Assembly (NCBI GenBank): GCA_038740375.1
Contig: JAVYLW010000001.1
Span: forward strand, 11,530-75,529
Reading direction: 5' to 3'
DNA length: 64,000 nt
From: Candidatus Pacearchaeota archaeon
Lineage (GTDB): Archaea > Nanobdellota > Nanobdellia > Pacearchaeales > GW2011-AR1
Every line of letters starts with the position of its first letter. The first letter of the stretch is position 1. The position numbers and the translations under genes were made by a program. Of this stretch, positions 41,017 to 50,719 are shown in pieces. The notes under the pieces were generated by a model, which made no database searches, had not been told where the DNA came from, and saw only the letters and a list, made by a program, of their open reading frames with translations.

Positions 41017-41844
41017 ATGGAAAAAGAAGATTTTCTAAAAAGAATATCCACTGAAATGAAGATAGCAAAACTATCTCCATATACTATTAGAAATTATTTA
41101 ATTAATAATAAAAACCTTTTAGAATACTCTAAAAAATCTCCAGAAGAAATAACTGAAATTGACATCAAGAATTATATAGCTGATAAAATGTCAGATAAAT
41201 CAAGTGTCTCAAATATTTTATTCTTATCTTCGATTAAATTCGCATATATGACAATATTCGGAAAAGATCCTACAGATAAAATAAAAAGACCAAAAAATGA
41301 AAAAAAGATTCCAAATGTTTTAACAAAAGAGGAAATTATTAAACTGTTTAATTCAGCAAAATCAAAAAAAAGTAAATTAATGCTTAAAATACTTTATTCC
41401 TCAGGACTAAGAGTTTCCGAGCTAGTTAATCTTAAACCTCAAGACTTAAATTTAGAAGAGAATATGGGATGGGTTAGGTGTGGAAAAGGAAAAAAAGATA
41501 GAATATTTTTTATTTCCAAAAAATTATCTAATCAATTAAAAAAATATTTGAAAAAAAGAGAATCATGGAAATATTTATTTTCAAAAAATAAGCCTCTTAC
41601 AACAAGAAATGTTCAAAAAATTGTAAGCAAGTTAGCAAAAAGGTCAGGAATTAATAAAAAGGTTACGCCACATACATTAAGACATAGTTTTGCAACACAT
41701 CTTTTAGATTCAGGAGTAGATATCAGAAAAATACAAACTTTGCTCGGTCATTCAAGCATATCAACTACTCAAATTTATACTCATATTAGTTCAGAGCAAT
41801 TAAAATCAATAAAAAATCCTCTTGATAATCTTTACAACAAATAA
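41017..41844 (+). CDS. xerA: XerA/XerC-D-like site-specific tyrosine recombinase
   Basis: SGLRVSE, GKGKKDR, HTLRHSFATH, LLGHSSISTTQIY catalytic signature; 275 aa. Confidence 0.85.
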   Translation: MEKEDFLKRISTEMKIAKLSPYTIRNYLINNKNLLEYSKKSPEEITEIDIKNYIADKMSDKSSVSNILFLSSIKFAYMTIFGKDPTDKIKRPKNEKKIPNVLTKEEIIKLFNSAKSKKSKLMLKILYSSGLRVSELVNLKPQDLNLEENMGWVRCGKGKKDRIFFISKKLSNQLKKYLKKRESWKYLFSKNKPLTTRNVQKIVSKLAKRSGINKKVTPHTLRHSFATHLLDSGVDIRKIQTLLGHSSISTTQIYTHISSEQLKSIKNPLDNLYNK

Positions 41845-42026
41845 TTTATGGATTTTATATTAGAATAGGGTATTATTAATATATTTAAAATTTTAATTTG
41901 TTATTAATAATTAAAATTTTTATAAAAATAATGTCAATTTGTTAAATATATTACATTCATTTATATTATTTATCTAATAAAATTTTAAAAAACAAAATAT
42001 ATATAAACTGTTTCATTTTAATAATT

Positions 42027-42410
42027 TTGATGACAAAACTAAATGAGGTCTATAGATGTAGTATATGTGGAAATATTGTAGAAATAGTAAACGAATCCTC
42101 TGGAAATTTGTATTGTTGTGGTAAGGAAATGTCGCTTTTAATAGAAAATACTACTGAAGCTTCAACAGAAAAACATATTCCAGTTAAAGAAAAAATAAAA
42201 GATAGAGTTATTGTTAAAGTTGGTAGCATACCTCATCCTATGGAAGATAGTCATTATATTCAATGGGTAGAAATTGTAACTAAAGATAATAAATCTATTA
42301 AGAAATTTTTAAGTCCAGGAGATAAACCTGAAGCAGAATTTTTTGAAAAAGTTGAAAATATTTTATATTTAAGAGAATATTGCAATATTCACGGACTTTG
42401 GAAATCATAA
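42027..42410 (+). CDS. dfx: Desulfoferrodoxin (superoxide reductase)
   Basis: CSICGN..CCG, EKHIP, HPM..HYI, CNIHG. Confidence 0.95.
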   Translation: MMTKLNEVYRCSICGNIVEIVNESSGNLYCCGKEMSLLIENTTEASTEKHIPVKEKIKDRVIVKVGSIPHPMEDSHYIQWVEIVTKDNKSIKKFLSPGDKPEAEFFEKVENILYLREYCNIHGLWKS

Positions 42411-42411
42411 G

Positions 42412-43002
42412 ATGAAAGAAACATTAAAATGTCTGGTAAAAGCATTTATTGGCGAAAGTCAAGCAAGAAATAGATATACTTATTATGCAAAAATTGCTCA
42501 AAAAGAAGGTTATGAACAAATTGCTGAGATATTTTTAATTACAGCAGATCAAGAAAAAATTCATGCGAAAAGATTATTTGAACATATTCAAGAATTAAAA
42601 AAAGAACTTTCAGAGTCTGAGCAAAAAGAAATTATTGTAGAAAATGTATCTTGCTCTATAATTATAGGAGATACTTTAGAAAATTTAAAAGCAGCTGCAG
42701 CAGGAGAACATTACGAATATTCTGAGATGTATCCAAGTTTTGCAAAAATAGCAGAAGAAGAAGGTTATAAGAAAATAGCTTTAAGATTTAAAGCTATTGC
42801 AGTCGCAGAGATACATCATGAAGAAAGATATAAAAAACTTATGGAGCAACTAAAAAACGGAACCTTTTTCAAAAAATCAGAAAATGTTTGGTGGGTCTGT
42901 AGGGAATGCGGTTATGCATTCTTTGGAAAATCTCCTCCAGAGATATGTCCTTCATGCGATCATCCAAAGGCATTTTATCAATTGAAATGTGAAGAATACT
43001 AA
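42412..43002 (+). CDS. rbr: Rubrerythrin
   Basis: GESQARNRY, EKIH, EIHH diiron ligands, C-terminal CRECG..CPSC rubredoxin. Confidence 0.95.
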   Translation: MKETLKCLVKAFIGESQARNRYTYYAKIAQKEGYEQIAEIFLITADQEKIHAKRLFEHIQELKKELSESEQKEIIVENVSCSIIIGDTLENLKAAAAGEHYEYSEMYPSFAKIAEEEGYKKIALRFKAIAVAEIHHEERYKKLMEQLKNGTFFKKSENVWWVCRECGYAFFGKSPPEICPSCDHPKAFYQLKCEEY

Positions 43003-43106
43003 TTTATAAATATAGTGGAACTTAATGTCCACTATTTTGGAAAAGCTTAAATACCTATATTTCTTTATGTATGCAATTAAATATTTAACTATTTAAGATA
43101 AAAAAT

Positions 43107-44309
43107 ATGACTAACAATGTTAAGATACCCATAAGAAAACTTAACTTAAATAAACAAATTGAGAACATCAAAAAATGGAAGATTAGCGAAGAAGATAAAA
43201 AGTATGTTCCTCAATTTTTTAAAGAGTTTCAAATAGGCAAAATTACTGGCAATCAACCAACTGAGGGAACATTAATATCTTACTTAGCGGATTTAAGAGT
43301 GGCTTTGGAGTATATGAACAAACCAACTTCTAAGTTAACATTAAAGGATACTGAAAATTTATGTGAAGCGTTTTTAAGGAATACTTTGAATTGGGGATTT
43401 AGGAAAAGAACTAAGAAAGGTGAGACCATTATAACAAATCAACCTTATTCGGAAACTGGAAAGGTTAAAATAAAAAATACAACAATACTTTATTTGAATT
43501 GGAGATTAGGAGAAGAAAAAGCTAGTAAGTTAGTGAAGATACTTAAAGTTAGACCAAAATTAAAACAAAAGAGTCCTGACTATTTAACTGAAGACCAAGT
43601 TGAAAAATTGTATAAATCTTGTAAAAACGCTAAAGAGAGATATTTAATAAGTCTACTTTATGATGGTGGAATGAGAGCAGAAGAGTTCTTTAATATAAGA
43701 TTTTCAGATATACAACTTCCAAATGGAAATGACAATTTTGTTAAACTAACTTTGAAAGAGGAGTATAGTAAAACAAAAGGCAGAACAATTGGTTTGTATT
43801 GGAAATATTCTTATGAAGCTGTTAGAGATTATCTTAATGAAAGAATTAGTGAAGGAATAAAAGAAGATGAACCTATTTTTGTTGGTGATTACACAAACAC
43901 TCTAAAATTCCTAAAAAGATTGGGAAAAAGAATTTTAGGTAGGAAAATTTATTTTCATTTGTTTAGACATTCGAGTGCAACTTATTATGCTAATAAACTT
44001 AATCGCCAAGAATTGTGTATAAGATATGGGTGGAACTTCTGCTCTCCTTGTCCAGATATTTACATTTCGAGAGATTTAAGCAAAAGTGAAATTGATACGA
44101 AGTTTGAGAAAACTCAAATTAATGAACTAAGAGTTGAGTTGGAAAAACAAAAACAATTTAATACAATCAAACAAGATGAACTTGAAAGAAAGAACAAAGA
44201 ACTCCAAATTGAAATACAAAGTTTAGCTATGAACACTAACAACATAGTTGGAGAATTGAAAAATTATATTTTTAGGTTGTTGAATTTGAACACGAGTGAG
44301 AATTATTAA
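43107..44309 (+). CDS. Tyrosine integrase with C-terminal coiled coil
   Basis: GMRAEE (R), HLFRH, YGW, PDIY (Y). Confidence 0.9.
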   Translation: MTNNVKIPIRKLNLNKQIENIKKWKISEEDKKYVPQFFKEFQIGKITGNQPTEGTLISYLADLRVALEYMNKPTSKLTLKDTENLCEAFLRNTLNWGFRKRTKKGETIITNQPYSETGKVKIKNTTILYLNWRLGEEKASKLVKILKVRPKLKQKSPDYLTEDQVEKLYKSCKNAKERYLISLLYDGGMRAEEFFNIRFSDIQLPNGNDNFVKLTLKEEYSKTKGRTIGLYWKYSYEAVRDYLNERISEGIKEDEPIFVGDYTNTLKFLKRLGKRILGRKIYFHLFRHSSATYYANKLNRQELCIRYGWNFCSPCPDIYISRDLSKSEIDTKFEKTQINELRVELEKQKQFNTIKQDELERKNKELQIEIQSLAMNTNNIVGELKNYIFRLLNLNTSENY

Positions 44310-44316
44310 TATTATT

Positions 44317-44580
44317 TTATGAGCTTGTTTTATTTAATTCTTTTAAAATTTCTTTTCCTCTTTTTGTAAGTTCATAAAACCTATAAAATTTATCATTAGG
44401 ATTCTTACAAACAATTAAACCTCTATCAACCAATTCCTTTAGTGATTTTGAAACATTGTGAATGCTTACATTACAACGCTCTCCTATTTCTTTTGGTATC
44501 ATTGGTTTGTCCAAACAAAGAAGTATGGCTTTTCTTCTTTCGCCTCTTAAAATAAAACTTAATAATGAATAGTTTGTCAT
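44317..44580 (-). CDS. ArsR/MarR-like winged-helix regulator
   Basis: PKEIGERCNVSIHNVSKSLKELVDRGLI..YELTKRG. Confidence 0.85.
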   Translation of the reverse strand: MTNYSLLSFILRGERRKAILLCLDKPMIPKEIGERCNVSIHNVSKSLKELVDRGLIVCKNPNDKFYRFYELTKRGKEILKELNKTSS

Positions 44581-44660
44581 AAAGACAAAGGTTATTCGTT
44601 ATTTAATGGATTAGTCATCTTTAAGGTATCGATAAGGTATAATCAATTTGGCGGATACTG

Positions 44661-45299
44661 TCAAATTAGAGTGATGCAGTTATCTCTGACAAATTTTATC
44701 AAACCCAATAACTTATTTCTTCCCAAATTCAAATTTATCTCTGCCATTTCTGCGGGTGTCTTTCCATTCAATTCTTGATTTGGATTAACAAAATTGTGGA
44801 TTGTTCTTCTCAAATCCATAAAGCATTTTGCATCATCAAAATTTTTGAAGCCACTTCTAATATTTTTTATTCTATCTTTTATTTTTCCATTATATCTCTC
44901 AATTGCATTATTGTTATGTTTTAATCCATATTTTTTACATGCAATTGGAACTCCAAAGTTTAGCTTGCAAATTCTATAAAATAATTTCATAAATGCACTT
45001 TTATAATTTTCAAATCCATCACACGTAAATTCAATTAATTCTCTATCTTTAACTTTCTTGTATTTTTCTTGATTATATCTTTCAATTATTTGTTCAAAAC
45101 AAGAATCTTTAATTTGTTTTAGGAATTTTATACATTCTTCTTTCGTTCTTTTACCGACGAAAGAATGTGCTAAAACAAATTTAGTTTTGTTGTCGATGGC
45201 ATTTAAATCATAATAATCTTTTCCAGAAACTTTTATATATTTTTCATCATAATGAATTCCACCAATTATTTTTGGTTTAACAATTTCATTTATCGGATT
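44661..45299 (-). CDS. Transposase catalytic (DDE) frame, open well upstream of the ORF-track ATG at 44990
   Basis: Manual translation: HYDEKYIKVSG..AIDNKTKF, FTCDG, NNAIERYN; frame begins after an in-frame TAA at 45300-45302. Confidence 0.8.
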   Translation of the reverse strand, partial: NPINEIVKPKIIGGIHYDEKYIKVSGKDYYDLNAIDNKTKFVLAHSFVGKRTKEECIKFLKQIKDSCFEQIIERYNQEKYKKVKDRELIEFTCDGFENYKSAFMKLFYRICKLNFGVPIACKKYGLKHNNNAIERYNGKIKDRIKNIRSGFKNFDDAKCFMDLRRTIHNFVNPNQELNGKTPAEMAEINLNLGRNKLLGLIKFVRDNCITLI

Positions 45300-45588
45300 T
45301 TAAAAAAACAGAATATTTATTGCACCAATATCCTATTGCTTGTCTTGTAACTTTAACTCCTTCATGCTGCCATAAATAATCTTGAACTTGAAATAAAGAT
45401 AAACCCTCATTGTGCAAATGAATGGCTTTAACAATATCTTCTTTTTTATATCTCATCTTTTCAAATCCATCACTTTTCATAAAAGTAAATTCACATTGAT
45501 TACAAAAATAAAGTTGTTTTGTCCCAGAATTATTATATCTCTTACCTCTTTTTATAATATTTTTATTTTTACATTTAGGGCATTTCAT
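45286..45588 (-). CDS. Transposase N-terminal part (Zn ribbon + HTH, InsA-like)
   Basis: CPKC..CNQC, HTH; GGAGGTGA RBS. Confidence 0.85.
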   Translation of the reverse strand: MKCPKCKNKNIIKRGKRYNNSGTKQLYFCNQCEFTFMKSDGFEKMRYKKEDIVKAIHLHNEGLSLFQVQDYLWQHEGVKVTRQAIGYWCNKYSVFLKSDK

Positions 45589-45703
45589 ATGTTTTCACCT
45601 CCTTAAAATTAGGAGGAAAACATACTATTTAAGCTTAACTCACGATAACTTTACAATATCAATTTGGCGAAAGGTTTTTAAAGTATATTTTATAATAGTT
45701 ATT

Positions 45704-46816
45704 ATGAAAAAGTTAATACTACCTATTGTTTTCATTTTGGGGATAACTATGATTCTTAGTTTTGTTTCGGCAGATAATTTTAATGTTCATTACAAAGTTT
45801 ACGCAGATGAAGGTTGGAATTTGCTTCATGGTTTTGGAGCCTATACTTTAGTCTCTAATTTTGTTACTGGTGGAGATGTAACTAACAGTGATGTTGTTGC
45901 TATTTTTGCCTATTTACCAATTGACCATAAATATGCGAGAATTTACCCTAATCCGGAAGTAAAAGTTGATGATCAACAATTACTAAATAGTGCTTTTTGG
46001 GTTTATTTGAAAAAAGGTGGTTGGATTGAATATAATGTTGAACAAGAATGGGCTTCTGTAAATGACAAAAAGTTATATGCTGGTTGGAATTTTGTAGGGA
46101 TAACTTCTGATATGTTCCGATTAAATGTTAAGGAGTGGAAAGGAAATTGTAATATTGAAAAAATTGGAGGTTACCAACATAATAGGTGGGATGTAATTGA
46201 TTCAACTTCGAATATTGATGAGTTAATGTTGGCAGATACAGAACAAGATTTAGGTAGGGGAATGATAGTAAAAGTAACAAGTAATTGTATGCTCTCTTTA
46301 AGTGGCAGTAATGAAATAAGTCCTCCTGCAATCCCAGACACAATTAGTAATCCTCCAACAACAACTAATCCACCTATGGATAGTAATCTTGACTTTCCTA
46401 AAACTATTGGAGAATTTACCTTAAAATCAGAAAATTCAAATGATAAAACAGAGTGTGGGCAGTTAGACGGAAATAATGTTTGTGTTCAGATGAGTAGAAT
46501 TGAGTATGTAACTTCTGACAATAGAGCAGTTCATGTTTTACCAACAAAAATCACATCAGGGAAAGATAGCTATATTAATTACATCAAAACTCATGCTTCT
46601 GAGATAAATGTCGGTGGTGTAACAGGTGTTTATAGGGGAGCAGAACCTTGGGAATTGTATTGGTTTACTAATAAGGACTATGATATGATTGGAACACAAG
46701 ATTATACTTATACAGTTCAATCAGACGGCAGTCAAAATGCTCAAACATTAAATGGAACAACTACAAGCTCAGTAGCTCAGTGGTTGTTAAATAAATATCC
46801 ACCAATCACAGTATAA
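45704..46816 (+). CDS. Secreted/surface protein (cargo of the element)
   Basis: Signal peptide, two GWN modules, PPAIP/PPTTTNPP linker. Confidence 0.8.
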   Translation: MKKLILPIVFILGITMILSFVSADNFNVHYKVYADEGWNLLHGFGAYTLVSNFVTGGDVTNSDVVAIFAYLPIDHKYARIYPNPEVKVDDQQLLNSAFWVYLKKGGWIEYNVEQEWASVNDKKLYAGWNFVGITSDMFRLNVKEWKGNCNIEKIGGYQHNRWDVIDSTSNIDELMLADTEQDLGRGMIVKVTSNCMLSLSGSNEISPPAIPDTISNPPTTTNPPMDSNLDFPKTIGEFTLKSENSNDKTECGQLDGNNVCVQMSRIEYVTSDNRAVHVLPTKITSGKDSYINYIKTHASEINVGGVTGVYRGAEPWELYWFTNKDYDMIGTQDYTYTVQSDGSQNAQTLNGTTTSSVAQWLLNKYPPITV

Positions 46817-46980
46817 TGATAAAACAAAAAAGAGGAATGAGTGCATGGATTTGGATTTTAATAATCTTAATCATCTTGGCAGTTGGTGGAATCGTAGCTT
46901 ATCTACTGCTCTCAGGTAATGGAAGTTCTATCTTGGGTGGTGGAAGTTCAATACCTCAGCCACCTGCGTTACCTAATTAA
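46816..46980 (+). CDS. 54-aa peptide with class III (type IV pilin-like) signal sequence (not in the ORF track)
   Basis: TAATG coupling; MIKQKRG|MSAWIWILIILIILAVGGIVAYLLL..PQPPALPN. Confidence 0.7.
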   Translation: MIKQKRGMSAWIWILIILIILAVGGIVAYLLLSGNGSSILGGGSSIPQPPALPN

Positions 46981-46990
46981 GAAATAAGAA

Positions 46991-47281
46991 TTATTTTATC
47001 TTTTGTAAGTTTCTATCAAAAATTTCCAAAATCTTCTCACCATCATTTGTAATCTTTAAAGGTCTCTTACCATGTTCTTGTGGTTCATTTATAGTGATAA
47101 GTTTGATTTTAACTAGGTGTCTAACGTGTTGTTTTAAACTCATGTGAGATAATCTTAATATTTTCTTTAAATCACCAACACCTATGTCTTTGTTTGGATT
47201 ATTTTTTATTGTTCTGAGGACTACAAGGTTAAGTTCATTTAGGATGTTTCCGCTTCTGTCACCTCTTTTTCTTTTAACCAT
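46991..47281 (-). CDS. Winged-helix (MarR/ArsR-like) regulator; ATG 47281 preferred
   Basis: VGDLKKILRLSHMSLKQHVRHLVKIKLI..ITNDG; divergent from the replication operon. Confidence 0.8.
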   Translation of the reverse strand: MVKRKRGDRSGNILNELNLVVLRTIKNNPNKDIGVGDLKKILRLSHMSLKQHVRHLVKIKLITINEPQEHGKRPLKITNDGEKILEIFDRNLQKIK

Positions 47282-47414
47282 ATAGTATATTGGAATGGAT
47301 GATTTATAAACATATCGTTTAAAATTGTATACTATTTGAAATTTAGGTGAGAGCAACATTTATAAACGTATAATGATATATAAAATTGTATTAAATTATT
47401 AATATAGGTATAAT

Positions 47415-47561
47415 ATGAACAAACAAACAATCATAATAAAAGTGAATGAGAAAGAAAAGAAAAAGATAGTTGAGGCTACTCAAAAAAGTATGCGAACCAT
47501 TACATCAATTGCTAAACAGGGAATAATGAAACAAGTAGAGGAGATTTTAAATGGAAAATAA
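47415..47561 (+). CDS. Small RHH/CopG-like protein (48 aa; not in the ORF track)
   Basis: MNKQTIIIKVNEKEKKKIVEA..TITSIAKQGI strand-helix-helix pattern. Confidence 0.65.
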   Translation: MNKQTIIIKVNEKEKKKIVEATQKSMRTITSIAKQGIMKQVEEILNGK

Positions 47562-47709
47562 AATCAAAACAGTTTTTGAGGAACAACAGGAAATATTTAG
47601 GGAAATTGAAACTCGTTTAAATTCTTTGATTGATAAAAATAAAGAAATTTTAAAAAAGGTTGATATAAATTTTGGAGTTAAAAAAGATGGCACAACTAAT
47701 TCTAACTAA
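47551..47709 (+). CDS. Small hypothetical protein (52 aa; not in the ORF track)
   Basis: GAGGAG RBS, overlaps the preceding gene. Confidence 0.55.
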   Translation: MENKIKTVFEEQQEIFREIETRLNSLIDKNKEILKKVDINFGVKKDGTTNSN

Positions 47710-47917
47710 ATTAAATCAAAACAAGGAGGTTAACCCCATGGTGCCCCAAGTCAAGTCTAGGAAAGCTCCACCAAGATACGATGATAAAGTTAAGAAAGAG
47801 ATAGTGGACGCTGCTAAAAGTGGAATGAGTTTAAAACAAATATTGGAAAAATTCAAACCACGAAAACGAGCAGTTCTTAGATACTTGAAGAAGTATGATG
47901 TAAAGCTTCAACATTAA
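47672..47917 (+). CDS. Small HTH protein (true start probably ATG 47738)
   Basis: AGGAGGT RBS before 47738; YDDKVKKEIV..GMSLKQI. Confidence 0.65.
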   Translation: MELKKMAQLILTKLNQNKEVNPMVPQVKSRKAPPRYDDKVKKEIVDAAKSGMSLKQILEKFKPRKRAVLRYLKKYDVKLQH

Positions 47918-47968
47918 ATTTTTTTCGTACTTAAAATATAGGCACAACTATGGAAGTTCAAAAACGAT

Positions 47969-49681
47969 ATGGCTATTGAAATACCAATACAATTTAGAAA
48001 AAGGGAATTTAGGTTTGTTTTACTGGATAAGGAAGCAAAAAGACCCATTGAGAAAGATTGGCAAACAATAAGTAATTATGAGTTTGACGATTCTAAATTA
48101 TTGAGACATTTGGAGAATGGTGGAAATTATGGAATTCTAATGGGAAGAGGAAGATTAATTTGCTTTGATTTGGATAACCCAAACTTAGTATCTTATTATG
48201 ATGAGAAATTTAAGGATACTCTAATTGTTGAGACTGGCTCAAAGAAAAGACACTATTTCTTTTTTAGCGATTTTAAAACAAATAAAAGAATAAATAATGT
48301 TGGAGAAATTAGGTGTGAACGTATGCAACTTGTTGGAGCTAATTCTATCCATCCAAATAAACAACCTTACAAAATTATTAATAATAATGAAATAAAAGAA
48401 ATTTCTGATGTTGAGTTAAATGAACTCTTTAAAACAATTTTTAGTGATGGAACTACCTTTGTTGTTAAAGGTATGGATGATAGTATGAGCGGGATAGAGT
48501 ATCATGAGATTGGAAAATTATTGAAAGAAGGAAAAACTAAAGAAGAAATTTTTAAACATATGGAGAATCCAATTTTTGAAAAGTGGAATACACACGGACT
48601 TAAGTATCCACAATATAGAGAGTTAACTTTTGAGAGAGCTAAAGAATTTTTGATAAACACAAATCAACTACCATTAACACAACAAACACAAAATAATATT
48701 AATAATAATTATCCATTTTGGACAATTGTAGATTATGAAAATTACAAACCATCTAAGAACTATATAATTGAGGAACTTGTATACCCTGAAGAGATTGAAA
48801 TGGTTTATAGCCAATCTGGACATTTTAAAAGTTTAGATGGATTGTATAGGGCTGTTTGTATTGTGAGTGGGAAAAAATATTTAGGAAAGTTTAGAGTTAA
48901 GAAATGTGCTGTTGGAATTATATCCGCTGAAAATCACAAAAAGATTGATAAGATAAGGCTTAAAGCTATTATGAGAGGATTGAAGATTAGGAAGAAGAAT
49001 TTACCATTATATATTCTACCTCGTGAAAATTGTAGAGACATTTTGGATATGGATTTTAAACTTTTGATAGAAGACTTTATTTGTAAGAAAGGAATTAAAG
49101 TTTTATTTATTGATACTATCAATCCAGTTACACCACAAGTCGACGACAACAAAGCAAAAGATGTTACAAGAATTTATAATGAATTTTTTAAACCATTAGT
49201 TGATAAGTATAAGATTACAATTTGTTTTTTCCATCATACTGACAAGAAAGCTACATCATTTTTAGGTTCTATGAAATTTAGAGCAAATAGTGATGTTGTT
49301 TATTTTATTGATAGGAAAGGACTTGAACTAAAATATACAATTTACAATGAAAAAAATAGAGAAGGAGAAATAGGAAGTTTAGAGGTTGGCGTTCAGTTTA
49401 CCAACAATAAAAAAGAGACAAAAGAAATAAAATTCTTTTTGTTAAAACAAAGTGAACAAAAAGGTATAGGAACTGTTAAAAGAAAAACTAAAAGTCAATT
49501 ATTTGAGGAGAAAATAAATTCTTTTGTTTCAAACAAACCAATTAGCCGAGGAGATTTAATAAAATTGTGTGATAGCGTTGGAAGTGTATCTGTATTTGAT
49601 AAGGCTTTAAGAGGATTGGTGAAACAAGGACAATTAATCAAAAGCAAAGAAGGTTATACTAAAAATGAAAATCCAATTTAA
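47969..49681 (+). CDS. Bifunctional primase/polymerase (Prim-Pol) fused to an AAA_25/RecA-like helicase; replication protein
   Basis: KRP, NYGI, FDLD, ETGS..RHY, SIHP prim-pol motifs; degenerate Walker A SQSGHFKS, LFIDT, FHHTDK, LGS. Confidence 0.85.
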   Translation: MAIEIPIQFRKREFRFVLLDKEAKRPIEKDWQTISNYEFDDSKLLRHLENGGNYGILMGRGRLICFDLDNPNLVSYYDEKFKDTLIVETGSKKRHYFFFSDFKTNKRINNVGEIRCERMQLVGANSIHPNKQPYKIINNNEIKEISDVELNELFKTIFSDGTTFVVKGMDDSMSGIEYHEIGKLLKEGKTKEEIFKHMENPIFEKWNTHGLKYPQYRELTFERAKEFLINTNQLPLTQQTQNNINNNYPFWTIVDYENYKPSKNYIIEELVYPEEIEMVYSQSGHFKSLDGLYRAVCIVSGKKYLGKFRVKKCAVGIISAENHKKIDKIRLKAIMRGLKIRKKNLPLYILPRENCRDILDMDFKLLIEDFICKKGIKVLFIDTINPVTPQVDDNKAKDVTRIYNEFFKPLVDKYKITICFFHHTDKKATSFLGSMKFRANSDVVYFIDRKGLELKYTIYNEKNREGEIGSLEVGVQFTNNKKETKEIKFFLLKQSEQKGIGTVKRKTKSQLFEEKINSFVSNKPISRGDLIKLCDSVGSVSVFDKALRGLVKQGQLIKSKEGYTKNENPI

Positions 49682-49776
49682 TCATACTCTGGGTAAAATG
49701 TCAAGTGGTTTTGATAGGGAGAGCCATCTTCCTTTAGCTCCAATTCTATTTGACATTCCCGGAGGTTTAAATTAAA

Positions 49777-50052
49777 ATGGAAAAAGAACAAGTCGAAATA
49801 ATAGGTATTGTTGATAAGGGGATATGGAGAAAGAGGAATGCAGAATCCCATTATCAAGAATGTAACTTCCAATTAGAATCTGGAGAAGATATTTGGTGTA
49901 TCTGGTTTATTCCAAATATAAGAAGAGGTTGGAAAGTAAGAGTTGTTGGTAGTTGGAGTGAACATAAAAAATATATCAACGCTACATATGTAGAAAGAAT
50001 TTTTGAAAAACAAAAAGATAAACAAATACAATTAAAGGAGTTTATGAAATGA
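49777..50052 (+). CDS. Hypothetical protein, possibly OB-fold
   Basis: GGAGGT RBS; beta-rich 91 aa; coupled to the resolvase (ATGA). Confidence 0.65.
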   Translation: MEKEQVEIIGIVDKGIWRKRNAESHYQECNFQLESGEDIWCIWFIPNIRRGWKVRVVGSWSEHKKYINATYVERIFEKQKDKQIQLKEFMK

Positions 50053-50564
50053 AAATAGCTTTGTATTGTAGGGCTTCAACTAGTGAAGATAAACAAAACT
50101 TAGACAATCAAATTAATCCATTAATTGAGAAATGTAAGAAAGAAGGTTGGGAATACGAGGTATTTAAAGAGTATGCATCTGGAGTTAGGGAAAGTAGACC
50201 TCAATTAGATGTTATGATGGGTAAGATTAGGAATAAAGAGTTTAATGGAATTATGGTTTGGAGAATTGATAGATTAGGTAGAAGTTTAAAACATCTTTTA
50301 CAATTAATTGAGGAATTTAGGAATAGGAAGGTTAAGTTTATTTCATTAACTGAGGGTTTTGATACATCAACTCCACAAGGAGAGTTGTTTATGTCTATTG
50401 CGGGAGCGTTTGCTCAATTTGAAAGAAAACTTATACAGGAGAGAGTGTATGCAGGACTTGAAAGAGCTAAACTTCAAGGTAAACAAATTGGGAGACCTAA
50501 AGGAAGTAAAGATAAGAAGGTTAGAAGGAAGAGTGGTTATCTTTTGAGATATGCTAACAAATAA
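50049..50564 (+). CDS. Serine recombinase, resolvase/invertase family
   Basis: YCRAST (catalytic Ser), SG..RPQL, DRLGRS, ERKLIQER..GL..A..GRP. Confidence 0.95.
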   Translation: MKIALYCRASTSEDKQNLDNQINPLIEKCKKEGWEYEVFKEYASGVRESRPQLDVMMGKIRNKEFNGIMVWRIDRLGRSLKHLLQLIEEFRNRKVKFISLTEGFDTSTPQGELFMSIAGAFAQFERKLIQERVYAGLERAKLQGKQIGRPKGSKDKKVRRKSGYLLRYANK

Positions 50565-50719
50565 CCTACCCTATCAATTCTTTATTTAATTTGTATTGTA
50601 AACTTTAAAACTAAAAAACCAAATGGTTGTTTGGTATTTCTTAGACGTAATTGAGTTTTGAGTTAAATTGCTTAAAAGTTTTATTTAATTCAAATAAAGA
50701 GAGCAAAAACGAGAATTTT

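Larger units (their letters stand above)
44654..45660 (-). mobile_element. IS6/IS1-like DDE insertion sequence (1007 bp)
   Basis: Imperfect 21-bp TIRs (GATACTGTCAAATTAGAGTGA / GATATTGTAAAGTTATCGTGA); 9-bp TSD AATTTGGCG at 44645-44653 and 45661-45669. Confidence 0.9.

Noticed and set aside
41017..41844. Integron integrase with a cassette array
   Set aside because: No IntI-specific insertion evident in the 275-aa protein, and no recurring attC-like sites recognised between neighbouring genes
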